Both the position numbers and the translations under genes were made by a program. A stretch of DNA of 32,000 bases from positions 540,001 to 572,000 of the forward strand of contig NC_006908.1 of NCBI RefSeq assembly GCF_000008365.1. The letters run 5' to 3'. Numbering within the stretch: the stretch's first letter is position 1; each line of letters opens with the position of its first letter. This document shows, in pieces, positions 29,613-32,000 of this stretch. The notes beneath the pieces are model-generated. The model was not told where the DNA came from, did no database searches, and saw nothing but the letters and a program-made list of their open reading frames with translations. The DNA comes from Mycoplasma mobile 163K. Its GTDB lineage: Bacteria; Bacillota_I; Bacilli_A; Mycoplasmatales; Metamycoplasmataceae.

Positions 29613-29701
29613 GGAGTAGTACTCAAGAGGCTGAAGAGGTGTCACTGCTAACGACATAGGGGGTAATACCCGCGAAGGTTCAAATCCTTTCTACTCCGCC
29701 A
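29613..29701 (+). tRNA. tRNA-Ser (anticodon GCU), class II with long variable arm, CCA encoded
   Basis: GGAGTAG...CTACTCC acceptor stem plus G-CCA. Anticodon loop is CTGCTAA, flanked by TGTCA/CGACA (one A-C mismatch at 31-39). There is a long variable arm TAGGGGGTAATACCCGCG and a T arm GAAGGTTCAAATCCTTT. It closely resembles Firmicute tRNA-Ser(GCU). Confidence 0.93.
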
Positions 29702-29744
29702 TTTTTTTTATGCTTTTTTGATTAACTTAAATATAATTAGAATA

Positions 29745-31247
29745 ATGTTTACACCAAAAATAATTAATAGAATATTTATTTCCTTTATCTCGATTGCTTT
29801 TATTTTTTTGATTTCAATCATTTTTATAATCTTAGGAGCTCCTTTATGATTAATTGGTTTAGGAGTTTTCTATGCAATTAATTTAGTATGTAATACTGTT
29901 TTAATCTTACAAGATCGTCATAGTGATGCAAAAATTTCTTGATTTTTTATTTTGACTTTTATTCCTGTAATTGCTCATGCTATTTATTTTATTTTTGGGC
30001 AAAAATACAAAAAAAGAGTATCAAGAGATGAATACATTAAAAAGACAAATGAATTTTTCCAATTTCAAAACCAAACTAATTTATTAGAAATTGAATTAAA
30101 GGAAAATATTAGAACTCTTTTACAAAGACAAGAAATTTTTACTCAAAGAAAATATCAAAAGGCTAAGACAACTTTTTTCTTTGAAACAACTAATGCTTAC
30201 AAGCAAATTTTTGAAGATTTAGAAAATGCTAAGGAATTTATTCACTTGCATTTTTATATTATCAAAACAGGAGAAATATGGGAACATTTTCGAAAAATCA
30301 TTACTAAAAAAAGATCTGAAGGTGTTGAAATAAGAATGATTGTAGATGATTTTGGTAATTGAAGTATGCCTAAGTCAGAAATTGATTATTTTAAAAAAAT
30401 AGGAGTCCAAATAAAAATTTTCGGAAAAGTTTATTTTCCTTTTATTGGGAGTGATAATGGTTTTAGAACTCACAGAAAAATTGTTATTATTGATGGAAAA
30501 ATTTTACATACAGGTGGAATGAATTTATCTGATGAATATGCTAGTCTTAGTAAAACATATGGTTATTGAATAGATATTAATTTAAAAATTGAAGGAAACT
30601 TTGTTCAACAATATTCACTACTATTTTTATATGACTGATTTAGTTTTACAAAAGAAAAATTAGATGTAAATAAATATGCAAAATTAAATTCTACAGAAAA
30701 TAACAATTCAGAAATAATTTTAATTGAAGATTCCCCAGAAAATGATGAGCCTATTTTAGAAGAAAGTTTAATAACTTGAATTGAAAATTCAAATAAAAAA
30801 ATCACAATAAGTACCCCATATTTTATTCCGACTTTTAGGTTATTTTTAGCAATTAAAAAAGCTTTAATGTCTGGTGTTGAAGTAGAAATTTTTTTACCAG
30901 GACAAGCTGATAAAAAATATGTCTATGTTGTTAGTTTATACTATGCTAAGAAAATTGCAAAATATGGAGCAAAAATAATGATTTTGAATAATGTTTTCTT
31001 ACATTCTAAAACAGCACTTTTTGACCAAGAATTGAGTTATATCGGAACAATGAATATAGACACAAGAAGCCTTTATTCACAATACGAAACAACAAATTTA
31101 TTTTTAGATAAAGATAGTATTCAAAAACTTGAAAAGAATTTTAATGATTATAGAAATATTTCAACACTATTAAAAATTAAAAAATCAAGTAAAATTCTTG
31201 AATTTTTCATTGGAATTTTTGCTAAATTATTCAGTCCTTTGATGTAA
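29745..31247 (+). CDS. cls: cardiolipin synthase (PLD superfamily, two HKD motifs)
   Basis: ATG 29745 is in frame with track ORFs 29952-30362, 30366-30569 and 30867-31247 through TGA codons. Total 500 aa. It has two N-terminal TM helices and HKD motifs HRKIVIIDGKILHTGGMNLSDEY and HSKTALFDQELSYIGTMNIDTRS. Confidence 0.9.
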
Positions 31248-31249
31248 TT

Positions 31250-31906
31250 TTAAACAACTCAAGGTGCAAAAATCAATATCGCAACAACAATATGAGTGAT
31301 AATCAAAAGTAGAAGAGAAACTTTTTTGTTTATCAAAATAAAAGATTCAATAATTACAAGAGGTACTCAAGCAATCAAAACTCAAAATCTTCATCCTACA
31401 AAAAATGAATTAGAAGGATTTACTAAACCTACATAAACTTGACCGTTAAAAATAACATTAGGAAAACTTGCGCCAATGAATAATTGAACGGCTAAAGCCA
31501 CTAGAATTGCTGAAATTGCAGGCCTTAGAAAAACAATAGCATTTTTTAAATAAATATTAGTTGAAGATTTTTTAACAAATTTCATTCCTAAAAGCATAAA
31601 TAAAATTGCAGGTAAAGTAAAAATTACATATGTGAGTAACATAGATAATCAACCTCATCAAGCACCATTTGCAACAATGAATCCTGTAAAAAGAGCAAAT
31701 TGAGTTGATACAACTCCAGGAGTTGCATTAGCTGCAGTTATCATCGCATCCATTTGTTCATTTAAAGCTTGTAATTTGATTCCAGAAAATTGACCCATTA
31801 ATGTTCATAATGATCTAAATAGAGGAATAAAAACTTGTCCACCACCAAAAACAATCATCGAAATAATAAAAACGCCAACAATCGAAACACCTAAAGCAAT
31901 AAACAT
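31250..31906 (-). CDS. chrA: chromate transporter (ChrA/CHR) family protein, short single-domain form
   Basis: ORF 31391-31642 extends in frame to ATG 31904-31906 and to TAA 31250-31252 through TGA codons (31253-31390 translated). The N-terminus MFIALGVSIVGVFIISMIVFGGGQVFIPLF carries the CHR-family GGG motif, and the protein is polytopic. Its stop lies 2 nt from the convergent cls stop. Confidence 0.75.
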
Positions 31907-32000
31907 TATTTTATCTCCTCTTCTTTTGAAAAATTTGAAATATTTTTCTTTGTTTTTGATTTTCTCTTTTGTCTAAAAAATTCAAAAATAAAAACACTTA
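31906..32000 (-). CDS. C-terminal end of an upstream gene, probably the partner short ChrA-family protein (runs off the right edge)
   Basis: One open minus-strand frame across 31909-32000 ends ...FIFEFFRQKRKSKTKKNISNFSKEEEIK with TAA 31906-31908, overlapping the downstream ATG (TAATG). The family assignment rests only on the usual pairing of short CHR genes. Confidence 0.35.
   Translation of the reverse strand, partial: SVFIFEFFRQKRKSKTKKNISNFSKEEEIK

Overview
This is a very AT-rich Mollicute (Mycoplasma-like) chromosomal segment that must be read with genetic code 4 (TGA = Trp). Nearly every conserved gene is cut into pieces at TGA in the supplied standard-code ORF track. Each becomes one intact frame once TGA is read as sense. 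I checked the junctions triplet by triplet for hpt, alaS, mnmA, oppA/B/C/D/F, pgk, cls and several membrane genes and found no in-frame TAA or TAG.

Gene content, left to right:
- ecfA (partial), hpt, greA, a divergent YrrM/TrmR-like methyltransferase, a DUF1292 protein, ruvX, alaS and mnmA.
- A 1046-aa modular surface protein, a Q/N/Y-rich SHOCT-domain protein, a BI-1/YccA protein, whiA, a UPF0154 protein, two membrane proteins and an ArsR regulator.
- A minus-strand oligopeptide permease operon (oppA-B-C-D-F).
- An RsuA/RluB-type pseudouridine synthase, pgk, a repeat-bearing K/E-rich protein followed by a single-TM diadenylate cyclase, tRNA-Ser(GCU), cls and two short ChrA-family genes.
- I saw no CRISPR array, IS element, prophage or rRNA.

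The most unusual observation concerns the opp operon. OppD is preceded, in the same uninterrupted 752-codon frame, by a full-length but catalytically degenerate paralogue of phosphoglycerate kinase. The genuine pgk lies 6 kb away and itself carries a ~116-aa acidic C-terminal tail. OppF is split by a ~440-aa coiled-coil-like insertion. So both ATPases of this transporter carry large accessory modules. The species cannot be assigned from the sequence alone.
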